A DNA stretch of 42,852 nucleotides from an uncultured Candidatus Saccharibacteria bacterium (GCA_964360065.1 CAYHTW010000003.1:1-42852), one strand, 5' to 3'. Positions 8,992 through 18,878 are shown, numbered from the stretch's first letter. Notes: generated by a model from the letters alone, not told the origin. Made by a program: numbers and translations.

Positions 8992-10110
8992 ATGTCCCTA
9001 GCTATCTATCGAAAATACCGCCCCAAGGGTTTAGACGATCTAATAGGTCAGGAAGTCTTTGTGGAAATTATCAGGAACGCAGCCGCCTCCGACAAACTTA
9101 GCCACGCTTATCTTTTTTACGGCCCCAGGGGCACTGGTAAAACGACTGCAGCTAGAATCATCGCCAAAATCGCCAACTGCGAAAAGAGACAGGCAGATAA
9201 AAAGTTTCACGCCAACGGCGAACCATGCAACGAATGCCGGGTCTGCAAAGAAATAGACGAGGGCCGGGCCTTGGACGTAGTAGAAATTGATGCGGCTTCT
9301 AACCGTGGCATAGACGAGATGAGAGACTTGAAAGAAGGTATCCGCCTCTCCCCTACCTCTTACAAATATAAAGTTTTTATTATTGACGAAGCTCACCAAC
9401 TGACCAAAGAGGCCTCTAACGCTCTTTTGAAAACTCTGGAGGAACCGCCAGCCCACGCCATCTTCGTTTTGGCTACCACCGAGCAAGAAAAACTTTTGCC
9501 GACTATTGTTTCCCGCACACAGAGATTTAATTTCAGAAAGGTTCCAGTCCAGGAAATTTTAAAGAAACTTAACAAGATCGTTATCGGAGAAAAAATAGAT
9601 ATAGATAACGATGCCTTGGAACTTATCGCCGCTTCTTCGGAAGGAAGTTTCCGTGATGCTGAATCCCTCTTTGAACAAGTTGTTTCCATAGGCGAAGGGA
9701 CAAGTTTGGAGTCGGTTGAGCGTCTCTTGGGTAAAGTCGGGTTTGTAAGAACCAGCACGTTGGCTGGTTTCTTCCTGGAAAAAGATTTGCGGGGCGCGTT
9801 GGATTATTTAAATGAAATAAACGAATCTGGGTACAATTTAGTTCAACTGAATAAAGATTTAATTCATTATCTCCGTAGAGTTTTATCTCTAAAGATTGAT
9901 TCAAGCCTGGAGGATGTCTTTAAAAGAGAGCTTACCTCGGATGAAATAACTCGCCTTAAGCGTCACGGCACTCTTATTAAGGACGACGCCTACGCCATCA
10001 ACCTAATCAAGTCCCTTATCAGAGCTTACAGCGAAATGCGCTACAGCCCATTTGCAATCGTCCCATTGGAAATCGCCATTATTGAAAACTTAAAAGGACA
10101 AGAAAAGTAA
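8992..10110 (+). CDS. dnaX: DNA polymerase III subunit gamma/tau (short form)
   Basis: YRKYRP, GPRGTGKTT, Zn-binding cysteines, EIDAASNRG, IIDEAH and NALLKTLEEPP. Confidence 0.96.
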   Translation: MSLAIYRKYRPKGLDDLIGQEVFVEIIRNAAASDKLSHAYLFYGPRGTGKTTAARIIAKIANCEKRQADKKFHANGEPCNECRVCKEIDEGRALDVVEIDAASNRGIDEMRDLKEGIRLSPTSYKYKVFIIDEAHQLTKEASNALLKTLEEPPAHAIFVLATTEQEKLLPTIVSRTQRFNFRKVPVQEILKKLNKIVIGEKIDIDNDALELIAASSEGSFRDAESLFEQVVSIGEGTSLESVERLLGKVGFVRTSTLAGFFLEKDLRGALDYLNEINESGYNLVQLNKDLIHYLRRVLSLKIDSSLEDVFKRELTSDEITRLKRHGTLIKDDAYAINLIKSLIRAYSEMRYSPFAIVPLEIAIIENLKGQEK

Positions 10111-10146
10111 AAACGAGATAGATAACGAGCTAGTATACTAGTTTAA

Positions 10147-10596
10147 TTATTGGGTTTTTGTGTAGTTAAGGATGATTTGCTGCTTGTCTTTCATAACGAA
10201 GCCTGGGTCAGTGGTTTCTGCGCCATTGACGGTCATTTTTAGAGTATAGCCCGGCCTCTCAAGAGATTTGCCCCAGACCGATAGGAAATCCGAGAACTTA
10301 AATCCCCTGTCTTTAGCGGCTTCTATGTGAATCTCTCCATCTTGTTTGTGAGTATGAATTTCTCTGGTACAGCCAGGTTCAATGCCAATGCTTGCCGAGA
10401 TAATTTCTTCCTGCCCGTTTACAAGTATTTGGAGATGGGGATGGATATGGAAAGCTTCGTTATAAATACAAGGTACTCCGCTTACATTATTTGTATCGTT
10501 AGAATCACTGCCGCTTAAAAACGATTGCACTATAAGTAAACTTACCACCACGACAACTAGTCCAACAACCAAAAATACCGATTTGTTTTTTAACAT
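10147..10596 (-). CDS. Membrane-anchored hypothetical protein with His-rich motifs
   Basis: N-terminal TM, HIHPHL and EIHTH..DG.IHIE. ATG 10596 preferred over the track start at 10617. Confidence 0.7.
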   Translation of the reverse strand: MLKNKSVFLVVGLVVVVVSLLIVQSFLSGSDSNDTNNVSGVPCIYNEAFHIHPHLQILVNGQEEIISASIGIEPGCTREIHTHKQDGEIHIEAAKDRGFKFSDFLSVWGKSLERPGYTLKMTVNGAETTDPGFVMKDKQQIILNYTKTQ

Positions 10597-10621
10597 ACTT
10601 TTATTTAGTATAACCAATGAT

Positions 10622-10692
10622 TGCCGGGTCGTCTAATGGTAGGACATAGGCCTTTGAAGCCTAGTATCTTGGTTCGAGCCCAAGCCCGGCAG
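10622..10692 (+). tRNA. tRNA-Gln(TTG)
   Basis: Acceptor stem TGCCGGG/CCCGGCA, anticodon loop CTTTGAA, T arm GGTTCGAGCC; CCA not encoded. Confidence 0.95.
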
Positions 10693-10697
10693 CAAAG

Positions 10698-10736
10698 TCT
10701 AAAACGCACTTGCTTTAATAGTAAGTGCGTTTTAGA
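10698..10736 (+). terminator. Hairpin after tRNA-Gln, probable terminator
   Basis: TCTAAAACGCACTT / AAGTGCGTTTTAGA 14-bp inverted repeat. Confidence 0.7.
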
Positions 10737-10852
10737 TTTAGGTTGTTAGAGTTTGGCTCGAACTTGGAAAGGGGTCGGGAAAATGGGAGTTTTCCCGTGG
10801 TGGAAACATTAAAACCGCCCGGTTTTGAAAAGTTTCGTGGATACGAAACTTT

Positions 10853-10875
10853 GTTCGCGCCAAGCCCGGCAGCAA
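10853..10875 (+). repeat. Duplicate of the tRNA-Gln 3' end (att-like)
   Basis: CCAAGCCCGGCAGCAA is identical at 10680-10695 and 10860-10875; GTTCG lies just upstream of both. Confidence 0.85.
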
Positions 10876-10945
10876 GGATAAAACTCAAGTCATTTTCAAA
10901 GATCTAGATAGATATAACACCCGCAATTATGGTAACATTAAGCAT

Positions 10946-11200
10946 ATGATGAATAATTTTAACTATATGATGGGGGCTGGAGCACCGGCCTGGATGAATG
11001 GGTTCGGCCCAACATTTTTTCTTCTGGTACTTTGGAGTATTTTCTGGAAAGGACTTGCCTTGTGGCATTCTGGAAGGAAAGGACAGCCATGGTGGTTTGT
11101 GGCATTTCTTTTTGTTAATACAGCCGGCATCCTTGAGATTATATATCTTTTTTTGATTATTAAATTGAAGTCTTCGGAACTCTTTAGTAAGAAGCCTTAA
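10946..11200 (+). CDS. Small membrane protein (DUF5652-like)
   Basis: WS..WKG.ALW....GQ.WWF.....VNT.GILEIIY. Confidence 0.8.
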   Translation: MMNNFNYMMGAGAPAWMNGFGPTFFLLVLWSIFWKGLALWHSGRKGQPWWFVAFLFVNTAGILEIIYLFLIIKLKSSELFSKKP

Positions 11201-11271
11201 CTTTAATCCTCGTCTAATTACCCTTCCCCTATTCTGACTTACAAAGAAGCTCTATAATGGGGTGACTTTAT

Positions 11272-13227
11272 ATGGAGAAAAACTTGCCTGCTCAAGCGGG
11301 AGACAGAAAATCCGTTATTAAAGGGATAATAAGCCTGACTTCAAAAGCCACAGGCTATGTTACGACCCCAGAATTTACTGAAGATATTAAAATAGAACGG
11401 GAGTTCTTGAATACTGCCTTGAACTATGACGAAGTAGAAATTTCTTTATTCCCCCAAGTAGAAGGAGGAAAACTGAGCGGCGAAGTCGTAAAAATCCTAC
11501 ATAGGGAGAAAACCCAATTTGTGGGCACAATAGATAAAAGAAAAGGCAGCGCCGTCTGTTTTGTTGTCACCGACGACAGCAAAATGTACAGCGATATCTT
11601 TATTTCTTTTGCCGAATCCAAAAAGCTCCAGAATAACCTGAAGGTTTTGGTACAGATTAAAAAGTGGGATGATCCTAAAAAGAATCCTGAAGGCACGGTT
11701 CTAAAAATACTGGGTGAAAAGGGAGACAATAATGTAGAAATGGAGGCTATAGTGCTTGAACGTGGCTTCCAGATGAAGTTCCCTCCTAAGGTTGAGCACG
11801 AAGCGGAAATTTTGGGGAGAGAGTCCAAGCCTGTACCAGCCAAAGATATCAAAGAACGTAGAGATTTTAGGGGTGTCACTACTTTTACTATTGATCCCGA
11901 AGACGCCAAGGATTTTGACGATGCCGTCTCTTTCAAAAAGATATCCGATAACTTGTTTGAAATAGGAGTCCACATCGCCGATGTCTCGCACTATATAAGA
12001 GAGGGAAGTCAGCTGGATAAAGAGGCGCTTCACCGTGGAGTATCTATCTACCTCGTAGACAGAACTGTTCCGATGTTGCCTGAAATTTTATCCAACGACA
12101 TCTGCAGTCTCAACCCAAAAGAGGATAAATTGACCTTTGCTACCGTCCTAACTGTTTCTGAAAATGGCGACATCCAAAAAGTCTGGTTTGGCCGGACAGT
12201 CATAAATTCAAACAAAAGATTTATCTACGAAGAAGCCCAAAAAGTTCTGGACGATAAAAAAGGCGAATATTACACAGAGCTGGATTCCCTGAACAAACTG
12301 GCCAAAATATTCAAAGCGAAGAGGATGGGAACCGGCGCCTTGGACTTTGAGAAAGATGAAGTTAAGTTCAAGTTGGACGCCAAAGGCAAGCCAGTAGATA
12401 TAGTCGAGAAGCCTAGGCTGGATATCCACAAGCTCGTGGAAGAATTTATGGTTTTAGCCAACAAAGAGGTGGCTACTTACTTGAGTAGTGAAGTTAAAAG
12501 AATAAATAAAGGCGCCTCTATCTACCGTATTCACGACACGCCTAAGAAAAAATCTATGGAGGAGCTACTGGCTTTCGTGAGAATGCTGGGTCATGAAATA
12601 GAAGCCAAAGAAAGCAAAGTTTCTTCCCAAGAGTTAAATAACCTCTTTAAAAAAATCAAAGGCAAGCCGGAAGAGTCTTTAATCAAGACTGTGGCTATGC
12701 GATCTATGGCTAAGGCGATATATTCCACGGATAACATCGGCCACTACGGACTGGCCCTAGAAAATTACACCCACTTCACCTCCCCCATCAGGAGATACGC
12801 CGACCTGATGGTTCACAGGGTTTTAGAAAAACATCTGAAGGGTGGCCATCTGACAAACGATGAGGTTGAGTGGTACCGCAGCTCTGCCGTAAAACTGTCG
12901 GACCGTGAGGGCGACGCCACAGATGCCGAGAGATCTTCTGTCTCTTATAAGCAAGTTGAATATATGATGGAGCGTATCGGCAACGTTTACATGGGAGTAA
13001 TTTCCGGCATAACCAACTGGGGAGTCTATGTGGAAGAATCAAAAACCAAATCCAGCGGCATGGTGAAGTTTAAAGATATGAAAGGCGATTTCTATGTCTT
13101 CAATAAAGAGACTTATTCTCTTATTGGGGAAAGAACTAAGAAAAAGTATACGATCGGAGACGAAGTAAAGATAAAAGTTGTTGCCGGAGACTTGGAGAGA
13201 AAGACACTAGACTACATATTTGTTTAG
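11272..13227 (+). CDS. rnr: Ribonuclease R
   Basis: TIDPEDAKDFDDA, HIADVS, YTHFTSPIRRYADL and a C-terminal S1 domain. Confidence 0.95.
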   Translation: MEKNLPAQAGDRKSVIKGIISLTSKATGYVTTPEFTEDIKIEREFLNTALNYDEVEISLFPQVEGGKLSGEVVKILHREKTQFVGTIDKRKGSAVCFVVTDDSKMYSDIFISFAESKKLQNNLKVLVQIKKWDDPKKNPEGTVLKILGEKGDNNVEMEAIVLERGFQMKFPPKVEHEAEILGRESKPVPAKDIKERRDFRGVTTFTIDPEDAKDFDDAVSFKKISDNLFEIGVHIADVSHYIREGSQLDKEALHRGVSIYLVDRTVPMLPEILSNDICSLNPKEDKLTFATVLTVSENGDIQKVWFGRTVINSNKRFIYEEAQKVLDDKKGEYYTELDSLNKLAKIFKAKRMGTGALDFEKDEVKFKLDAKGKPVDIVEKPRLDIHKLVEEFMVLANKEVATYLSSEVKRINKGASIYRIHDTPKKKSMEELLAFVRMLGHEIEAKESKVSSQELNNLFKKIKGKPEESLIKTVAMRSMAKAIYSTDNIGHYGLALENYTHFTSPIRRYADLMVHRVLEKHLKGGHLTNDEVEWYRSSAVKLSDREGDATDAERSSVSYKQVEYMMERIGNVYMGVISGITNWGVYVEESKTKSSGMVKFKDMKGDFYVFNKETYSLIGERTKKKYTIGDEVKIKVVAGDLERKTLDYIFV

Positions 13228-13309
13228 GGAGCATAACAGAAAAAGTAAGCTTGAAAATGATATAATAAAGAGGCGGTTTGGTCGGGCCGCTGTAATATAA
13301 TTTTTAATA

Positions 13310-13540
13310 ATGAAATATCTTCATTCAATCGCATTTATTTTAGTCGTAGTGGGCGCCATTAACTGGGGTCTGTTAGGATTGGGCTGGCTTATGGGCGGCT
13401 CCAACTGGAACTTGGTTAACCTGGTTCTCGGTTCATGGGCACAACTAGAAGCAGTGGTCTACATCTTAGTAGGAGCTTCGGGTGTTTACCTGGTAACCAC
13501 CCATAAACAAGATTGTAAGAACTGCAATCAGGCTGCTTAA
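13310..13540 (+). CDS. DUF378 family membrane protein
   Basis: LVVVGAINWGL.G...NLV...VYILVG. Confidence 0.88.
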   Translation: MKYLHSIAFILVVVGAINWGLLGLGWLMGGSNWNLVNLVLGSWAQLEAVVYILVGASGVYLVTTHKQDCKNCNQAA

Positions 13541-13549
13541 ACGGCATTG

Positions 13550-13585
13550 AATACAAACCCTCGGTTTAGGCCGGGGGTTTGTATT
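13550..13585 (+). terminator. Intrinsic terminator
   Basis: AATACAAACCCTCGG / CCGGGGGTTTGTATT hairpin after the DUF378 stop. Confidence 0.8.
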
Positions 13586-13605
13586 TGTGTTAGAATAACA
13601 GGAAT

Positions 13606-13938
13606 ATGGACTTAACTTGTAAGCGCTGCGGGCAACCTGTTCAAGAAAGTTTTTATTTCTGTCCTGGTTGCGGAAAAAAAAGAAAAGAACCGCCTCCGTC
13701 CACATCGCTATCCGCCCAGTTGGTTGTTTACCTAGTAAGCTTCTTTTTACCGCCCCTTGGCCTTATTTACGCTTACAAATATTCTCGCCATGGCGGAACT
13801 AAAGAAAGATATATTGCCGTCACCGCCGGAGTTCTGACTTGTCTCATTATTTATCTTCAGTACACTCTTTTAATAAAAGTTTGGGAAACGTTTTCCCAAA
13901 CCCTGGAGGCTCTTGATCCATCCTTTACTGGTTTCTAG
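13606..13938 (+). CDS. Zinc-ribbon membrane protein
   Basis: CKRCG...FCPGCG followed by two TM segments. Confidence 0.8.
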   Translation: MDLTCKRCGQPVQESFYFCPGCGKKRKEPPPSTSLSAQLVVYLVSFFLPPLGLIYAYKYSRHGGTKERYIAVTAGVLTCLIIYLQYTLLIKVWETFSQTLEALDPSFTGF

Positions 13939-13976
13939 TATTTTGAGGCTTTTTTAGTGTAAGCTGCTGTGAGCTT

Positions 13977-14939
13977 ATGTTAGTAGATGACGTAAAAATC
14001 AAGATACATGCTGGGAACGGCGGCCAAGGCGCTGTGGCTTTTAATAAGAACATGATGAGTCTTGGTCCTACGGGAGCTAGTGGTGGCAATGGTGGCAGCA
14101 TCTATGCCGAGGGTGTTTCTGATATTAGCGCCCTCCGCCAACTTCGTTTCAAGAAGGATCTGGAAGCCCAAAGGGGCGGAGACGGCAGAAGCCAGTTTAG
14201 AGACGGCCTGGATGGCAAGGATTTAATATTGAAAGTCCCAGTAGGTACAGTCATACACAACCTTACCACCGGTAAGAATGTTGAAATAATCAAGATCGGG
14301 GAAACTTCCATTCTTGCCCATGGCGGCCATGGAGGTAAGGGTAATTTTCATTTTCGGTCTTCCAGAAACACTTCGCCAAAGCAATTCCAATTCGGTTTGC
14401 CAGGCGAAACTTTTGAATTACATCTGGAGATCAAGCTCATCGCCGATATTGGTTTCGTGGGATTACCTAACGCCGGTAAGTCCAGTATGTTAAACGAACT
14501 TACTAATGCCAAAAGCAAAGTAGCTAACTACCCATTCACTACCCTGGAACCTAACCTTGGCGTTTATTACGAGCTGATACTCGCCGATATCCCGGGACTT
14601 ATTGAAGGATCTTCAACTGGCAAAGGTTTGGGCATAAAATTCCTGAGGCACGTTGAACGCACAAGGATTTTATTCCACTTTGTCTCGGCTGAATCGGAGG
14701 ATCCGGTTGGAGACTACGAAACTATACGCGGGGAGCTGGGACGATACAAAGAGGCCTTGCTCAAAAAGAAAGAATATCTTTTTCTCTCCAAAAGTGATAT
14801 TTTAAGCCCTGAGGTTCTGAAGAAAAGGCTCACCTTGCTGAAGAAGATAAACCCCACCATTATCCCCGTTTCTGTTTATGACTTGGATAGCATTAAGAAA
14901 ATTGAGAAGATTCTTAACTCCATAAAATCAGCTAAATAA
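13977..14939 (+). CDS. obgE: GTPase ObgE
   Basis: Gly-rich Obg domain, GLPNAGKS, YPFTTL.P, DIPGLIEG and GLG..FLRH. Confidence 0.96.
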   Translation: MLVDDVKIKIHAGNGGQGAVAFNKNMMSLGPTGASGGNGGSIYAEGVSDISALRQLRFKKDLEAQRGGDGRSQFRDGLDGKDLILKVPVGTVIHNLTTGKNVEIIKIGETSILAHGGHGGKGNFHFRSSRNTSPKQFQFGLPGETFELHLEIKLIADIGFVGLPNAGKSSMLNELTNAKSKVANYPFTTLEPNLGVYYELILADIPGLIEGSSTGKGLGIKFLRHVERTRILFHFVSAESEDPVGDYETIRGELGRYKEALLKKKEYLFLSKSDILSPEVLKKRLTLLKKINPTIIPVSVYDLDSIKKIEKILNSIKSAK

Positions 14940-14940
14940 C

Positions 14941-16389
14941 ATGTCAGATAAAGTCATCTTACGCTTTAACAAAGTTTCGTTTGAATACGGCAAGAAAGTT
15001 GTCCTTGAAGAGGCGGATTTTTCGGTGCGCCAAGGAACCAAGATAACTCTTATGGGCCAAAACGGCGCCGGCAAAAGTACTATCTTCCGGCTGATTACCA
15101 AGGAACTCAGTCCAGACGAAGGGTCCATCGCCGTAGACAACGAGCTAACAATAGCAACGGGGAAGCAGGTCATCCTCCGAGAAGATATGAGTTTAACTGT
15201 CAAAGAATTTTTTGAAAAAGCTTTTGATAAAAAAATTTACGATATAGAGCCCAGAATCAATAAGATCCTTGAGGTGGTTAATTTATCCGCTCCACAAGAC
15301 AGAACACTTAAAACTTTCTCCGGCGGCCAGCAGGCCAGACTATTACTCGCTCGGGCTTTAATACAAAACCCTGACCTGTTGCTTTTAGACGAACCGACCA
15401 ACAATTTGGATAAAGAAGGTATTGCACATCTGACTAAATTCCTATCCGATTATAAAAAGACCTGCGTAGTTATTTCTCACGATGCGGAGTTCTTAAACTC
15501 TTTTACGGATGGAGTTCTCTACTTGGATGTTTTCACCAAGAAGATAGAACAGTATATGGGCAACTACGTAGACGTGGTGGAGGAAATAAAAGCCAGAATT
15601 GAGAGAGAAAGGATGAAAAATGCCAGGTTGGAGAAAGATATAGAGCACCGTAAGGACCAGGCTGGTTTCTTCGCCCAAAAGGGAGGCCACATGCGCGATG
15701 TAGCCCGTAAGATGAGGGAGAAAATTGAAGAACTGGAAGAAGACAAAGTGGAAACTAGACAGGAAGACAAAGCTATCCGCAACTTTTTCATCCCCTGCCA
15801 AGAAGACTTAACCGGACAAATATTACGCTTGGAAGCGGTCTCCGTGATTAAAAATCACAAACCAGTCAGTAAGAAAGTTAATATCGTTTTAAAAAAGAAA
15901 GAGCGTCTGCACCTCACTGGCTCTAATGGTATTGGTAAGACTACTCTTTTAGAAAAGCTCGCCACGGGTCACGCTAAAGGTGAAGAAGTAGCCCGTAGCG
16001 TTCGCATTAGCTACTACAGACAGGATTTCTCTACACTAGATTTTGATAAAACCGTCTACGCAACGCTCATTGATGCCCTGTTGGGCGGTAGTGAACAAAC
16101 CCTACGATCAACCGCTGCCGGTTTCTTGCTTGATGCTGAAATACTAAGATCTAAAGTAGGAGTACTTTCAGAGGGTCAAAAAGGTTTAGTTGCTTTTGCT
16201 AAGATATGTTTGGAGCGTCCAGGGCTACTAATATTGGATGAGCCTACTAACCACATAAACTTCCGTCATCTTCCTGTAATAGCCAAGGCTCTGGATAAGT
16301 ACGAAGGAGCCATGATACTCGTTAGTCACGTTCCTGATTTTGTAAAACAAATTAATATCAGCCAGACACTGGATTTATCCAGTCTATAA
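14941..16389 (+). CDS. ABC-F family ATPase
   Basis: Two ABC domains (GQNGAGKS/FSGGQ/LDEPTN and GSNGIGKT/LSEGQ/LDEPTN) joined by a helical linker; no TM segments. Confidence 0.9.
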   Translation: MSDKVILRFNKVSFEYGKKVVLEEADFSVRQGTKITLMGQNGAGKSTIFRLITKELSPDEGSIAVDNELTIATGKQVILREDMSLTVKEFFEKAFDKKIYDIEPRINKILEVVNLSAPQDRTLKTFSGGQQARLLLARALIQNPDLLLLDEPTNNLDKEGIAHLTKFLSDYKKTCVVISHDAEFLNSFTDGVLYLDVFTKKIEQYMGNYVDVVEEIKARIERERMKNARLEKDIEHRKDQAGFFAQKGGHMRDVARKMREKIEELEEDKVETRQEDKAIRNFFIPCQEDLTGQILRLEAVSVIKNHKPVSKKVNIVLKKKERLHLTGSNGIGKTTLLEKLATGHAKGEEVARSVRISYYRQDFSTLDFDKTVYATLIDALLGGSEQTLRSTAAGFLLDAEILRSKVGVLSEGQKGLVAFAKICLERPGLLILDEPTNHINFRHLPVIAKALDKYEGAMILVSHVPDFVKQINISQTLDLSSL

Positions 16390-16428
16390 AAAGCATTTAT
16401 CCAGGGTATTTTATCTACTCTATAAATA

Positions 16429-17883
16429 TTATCTACTGGCTGGGCCACCAGGACCTCTACTGGGGTAACTGGAACCACTACGATTAAAAGGTTTCCTACC
16501 ACCAACACTTCTGCCACCGCTAGGAACGGCGCCGCCTCTATTGCCACTATAAGTCCTGCCTGTACCGCCGAATCGACTGCCACCAGTACTACTGCCACCA
16601 CCAGAACGGCTGTAACCTCCGGAACGAGGGGCTCCGCTTCTTCCTTGATAACCTCCACTGCTCCTGCCTTGATAGCCTCCTCTACCGCCTTGGTAACCAC
16701 TGACACTCGTTGTCCTTTCTGTGATGCCAGTAAAAGCTGTCTTATATGGCGGCGGTAATTCCGGTAATTTTGAAACAGGTAAATTAATACGCATCAAACG
16801 CTCTATATTATAGACATCTCTTTTTTCATCGGGTCTCGCAAAAGAAATGGCGTGTCCGCTTGTTCCTGCTCTGCCAGTGCGTCCGGTACGATGCACGTAA
16901 TCTTCCGCAGCATCTGGAAGATCGTAATTCAAAACAAGCTCAATGTTGCTGACGTCAATTCCCCTAGCGGCAATATCTGTGGCAACTAAAATCCTGAACT
17001 TCCCTACTTTAAAACCATGCATGGCTTCCTTACGCTGGAATAGAGATCTCTCGGAATGGATTTCAACCGCAGTGTGTCCTAGAGCGCGGATGTGAGCTGA
17101 AATACGCTTGGCCCCAAATTTAGTTCTGCTAAATACTAAAACTGATCCCTTATATTCCTGCAAAATCTTTTCCAAAAGCCTTGGTTTATCACTCTGATTA
17201 ACGAAAAATATTTCATGAGTCACGTCTTTGGCGCCAGTACCAGATCTGGCTATCTCAACTCTAACCGGAAGCTGTAAATAAGTCCTAGCCATCGCCACAA
17301 TTTGTTCAGGCATAGTAGCGGAGAAAAGCATAGTCTGCCTTTCTCTCGGCACATTATCCATAATTCTCTTAAGCTGCGGATAAAAACCCATATCAAGCAT
17401 ACGGTCTGCTTCGTCTATAACCACTATACCAACTTCTTTGAAATTAAGCGTCTTGTGTTCCAGGTGGTCAATGATTCTTCCTGGGGTACCTATAACAACT
17501 TGAGGCTTGTAGGACAATGCTCTGTTCTGCTTCCACATACCTTCGCCGCCTATTATAACTGCTGTTTTTATGCCTAAAGACGATCCTACTTTTCTAATGG
17601 TTTCTTCAACTTGCAGGGCCAGTTCGCGAGTCGGCAAGACTATTAGAGCTCTCTTGTGTGGGTTTCTTAAAACACCCTGAATAAGAGGGATGCCGAAGGC
17701 TAAAGTCTTACCGGTGCCGGTTTGAGCAATGCCTATCAAGTCTTTGCCTTCGCTGGCAATCGGGATGGATTGAGCCTGAATCGGAGTAGGTACAGAAAAA
17801 CCAAGCTTTTTTAAAACCTCAAGAATAGCTGGGGCGATGCCTAGCCCGTGGAAATCAACTTCTTTCGTCATCTTCGTCACCAT
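16429..17883 (-). CDS. DEAD-box RNA helicase with a Gly/Arg-rich tail
   Basis: Q motif, AQTGTGKT, PTREL, DEAD, SAT, ARGID and HRTGRTGR. Confidence 0.95.
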   Translation of the reverse strand: MVTKMTKEVDFHGLGIAPAILEVLKKLGFSVPTPIQAQSIPIASEGKDLIGIAQTGTGKTLAFGIPLIQGVLRNPHKRALIVLPTRELALQVEETIRKVGSSLGIKTAVIIGGEGMWKQNRALSYKPQVVIGTPGRIIDHLEHKTLNFKEVGIVVIDEADRMLDMGFYPQLKRIMDNVPRERQTMLFSATMPEQIVAMARTYLQLPVRVEIARSGTGAKDVTHEIFFVNQSDKPRLLEKILQEYKGSVLVFSRTKFGAKRISAHIRALGHTAVEIHSERSLFQRKEAMHGFKVGKFRILVATDIAARGIDVSNIELVLNYDLPDAAEDYVHRTGRTGRAGTSGHAISFARPDEKRDVYNIERLMRINLPVSKLPELPPPYKTAFTGITERTTSVSGYQGGRGGYQGRSSGGYQGRSGAPRSGGYSRSGGGSSTGGSRFGGTGRTYSGNRGGAVPSGGRSVGGRKPFNRSGSSYPSRGPGGPASR

Positions 17884-17960
17884 AACAGAGAAATTCGTAA
17901 AACGCTAGCATCTCGTGCCCTTAATCTCCAGAATTTTCTTTAAGAAGCTCGGTAAACTCC

Positions 17961-18869
17961 TTATGCCCTAAGGTAGCGACGGATAGCAATGAGGCTGGAA
18001 ACAATACCGATACCGATACCAAAGAGAAGCTGGTAAGCAAAAAGCTGGAAGAAATGAGACGTGAAGTAGCTCAAAAGATCCATGTCCGTGATGAGTTCCT
18101 TAACAGATGGAGAAATAAAGTAGGTCGCTAGGAGCATAATAACCATAGAAAGAACAGCGGAGATAGTTCCATAAATTATACCCTCAACAATATAGGGGCC
18201 TCTGATAAACATATTAGATGCTCCTACTAATCTCATAATCTCTATACTTTCCCTGCTGGAATAAATCGCCAGAAGTATGGTGTTAAAAACGACTAATATA
18301 GCTACAATAGCGAGAACAACCGTGAGTCCCACGCCAGCCTGGCGGCTGACGTTAATGATAGAAGTTAATTTATCTATCACTACTTTGTTTTGGGCATAAC
18401 TTACTTTATCCACATAACCTTTCAGTGAATCGTTGTTAAGGTAGGAAGCTATAACAGAGTACTCGCCAGGATCATTGGCTTTAATGTTCAGAGAAGCTGG
18501 AAGCGGATTAGCTTCAAGCTCATTAACCGCTTGAGTGATAACCTTGTCGTCGGCGTGCTTCTCTTTAAATATCTCCAGCGCTCTGTCACTGGAAACATAG
18601 TCAACGTTTTTAACTTCAGCTAAGCCCTCAAGAGACTGTTTAATGCGAAGAATCTCGTCCTCCGGAGCGGTAGTTTTAAAATAGACGCTGATATCAATCT
18701 TTTCCTGAATTGAATTAAGGGCGGAGACAGCCACCACATTGAAAATTATTAAACTAGAAAAAGCGAGTAGTGCCAAAAGCATTACACTTAGTGTCGCTAC
18801 GGAAATCAGCCTCTGTCTCCAGAAGTTTTGGAAACCGTTTTTAATTACTCTGTAGGTCGTAGTAACCAT
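17961..18869 (-). CDS. ftsX: Cell division permease FtsX
   Basis: NPLPASL and I.IMRLVGAS..FIR.P...EG; follows ftsE. Confidence 0.93.
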   Translation of the reverse strand: MVTTTYRVIKNGFQNFWRQRLISVATLSVMLLALLAFSSLIIFNVVAVSALNSIQEKIDISVYFKTTAPEDEILRIKQSLEGLAEVKNVDYVSSDRALEIFKEKHADDKVITQAVNELEANPLPASLNIKANDPGEYSVIASYLNNDSLKGYVDKVSYAQNKVVIDKLTSIINVSRQAGVGLTVVLAIVAILVVFNTILLAIYSSRESIEIMRLVGASNMFIRGPYIVEGIIYGTISAVLSMVIMLLATYFISPSVKELITDMDLLSYFTSHFFQLFAYQLLFGIGIGIVSSLIAIRRYLRA

Positions 18870-18878
18870 TAGTCTTTA

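Noticed and set aside
8992-10110. dnaX frameshift or pseudogene
   Set aside because: Clean stop with no downstream continuation; a short clamp-loader form is plausible in a reduced genome.
10725-10907. 60-aa ORF downstream of tRNA-Gln
   Set aside because: It runs through hairpins and the tRNA duplicate and has no protein-like features.
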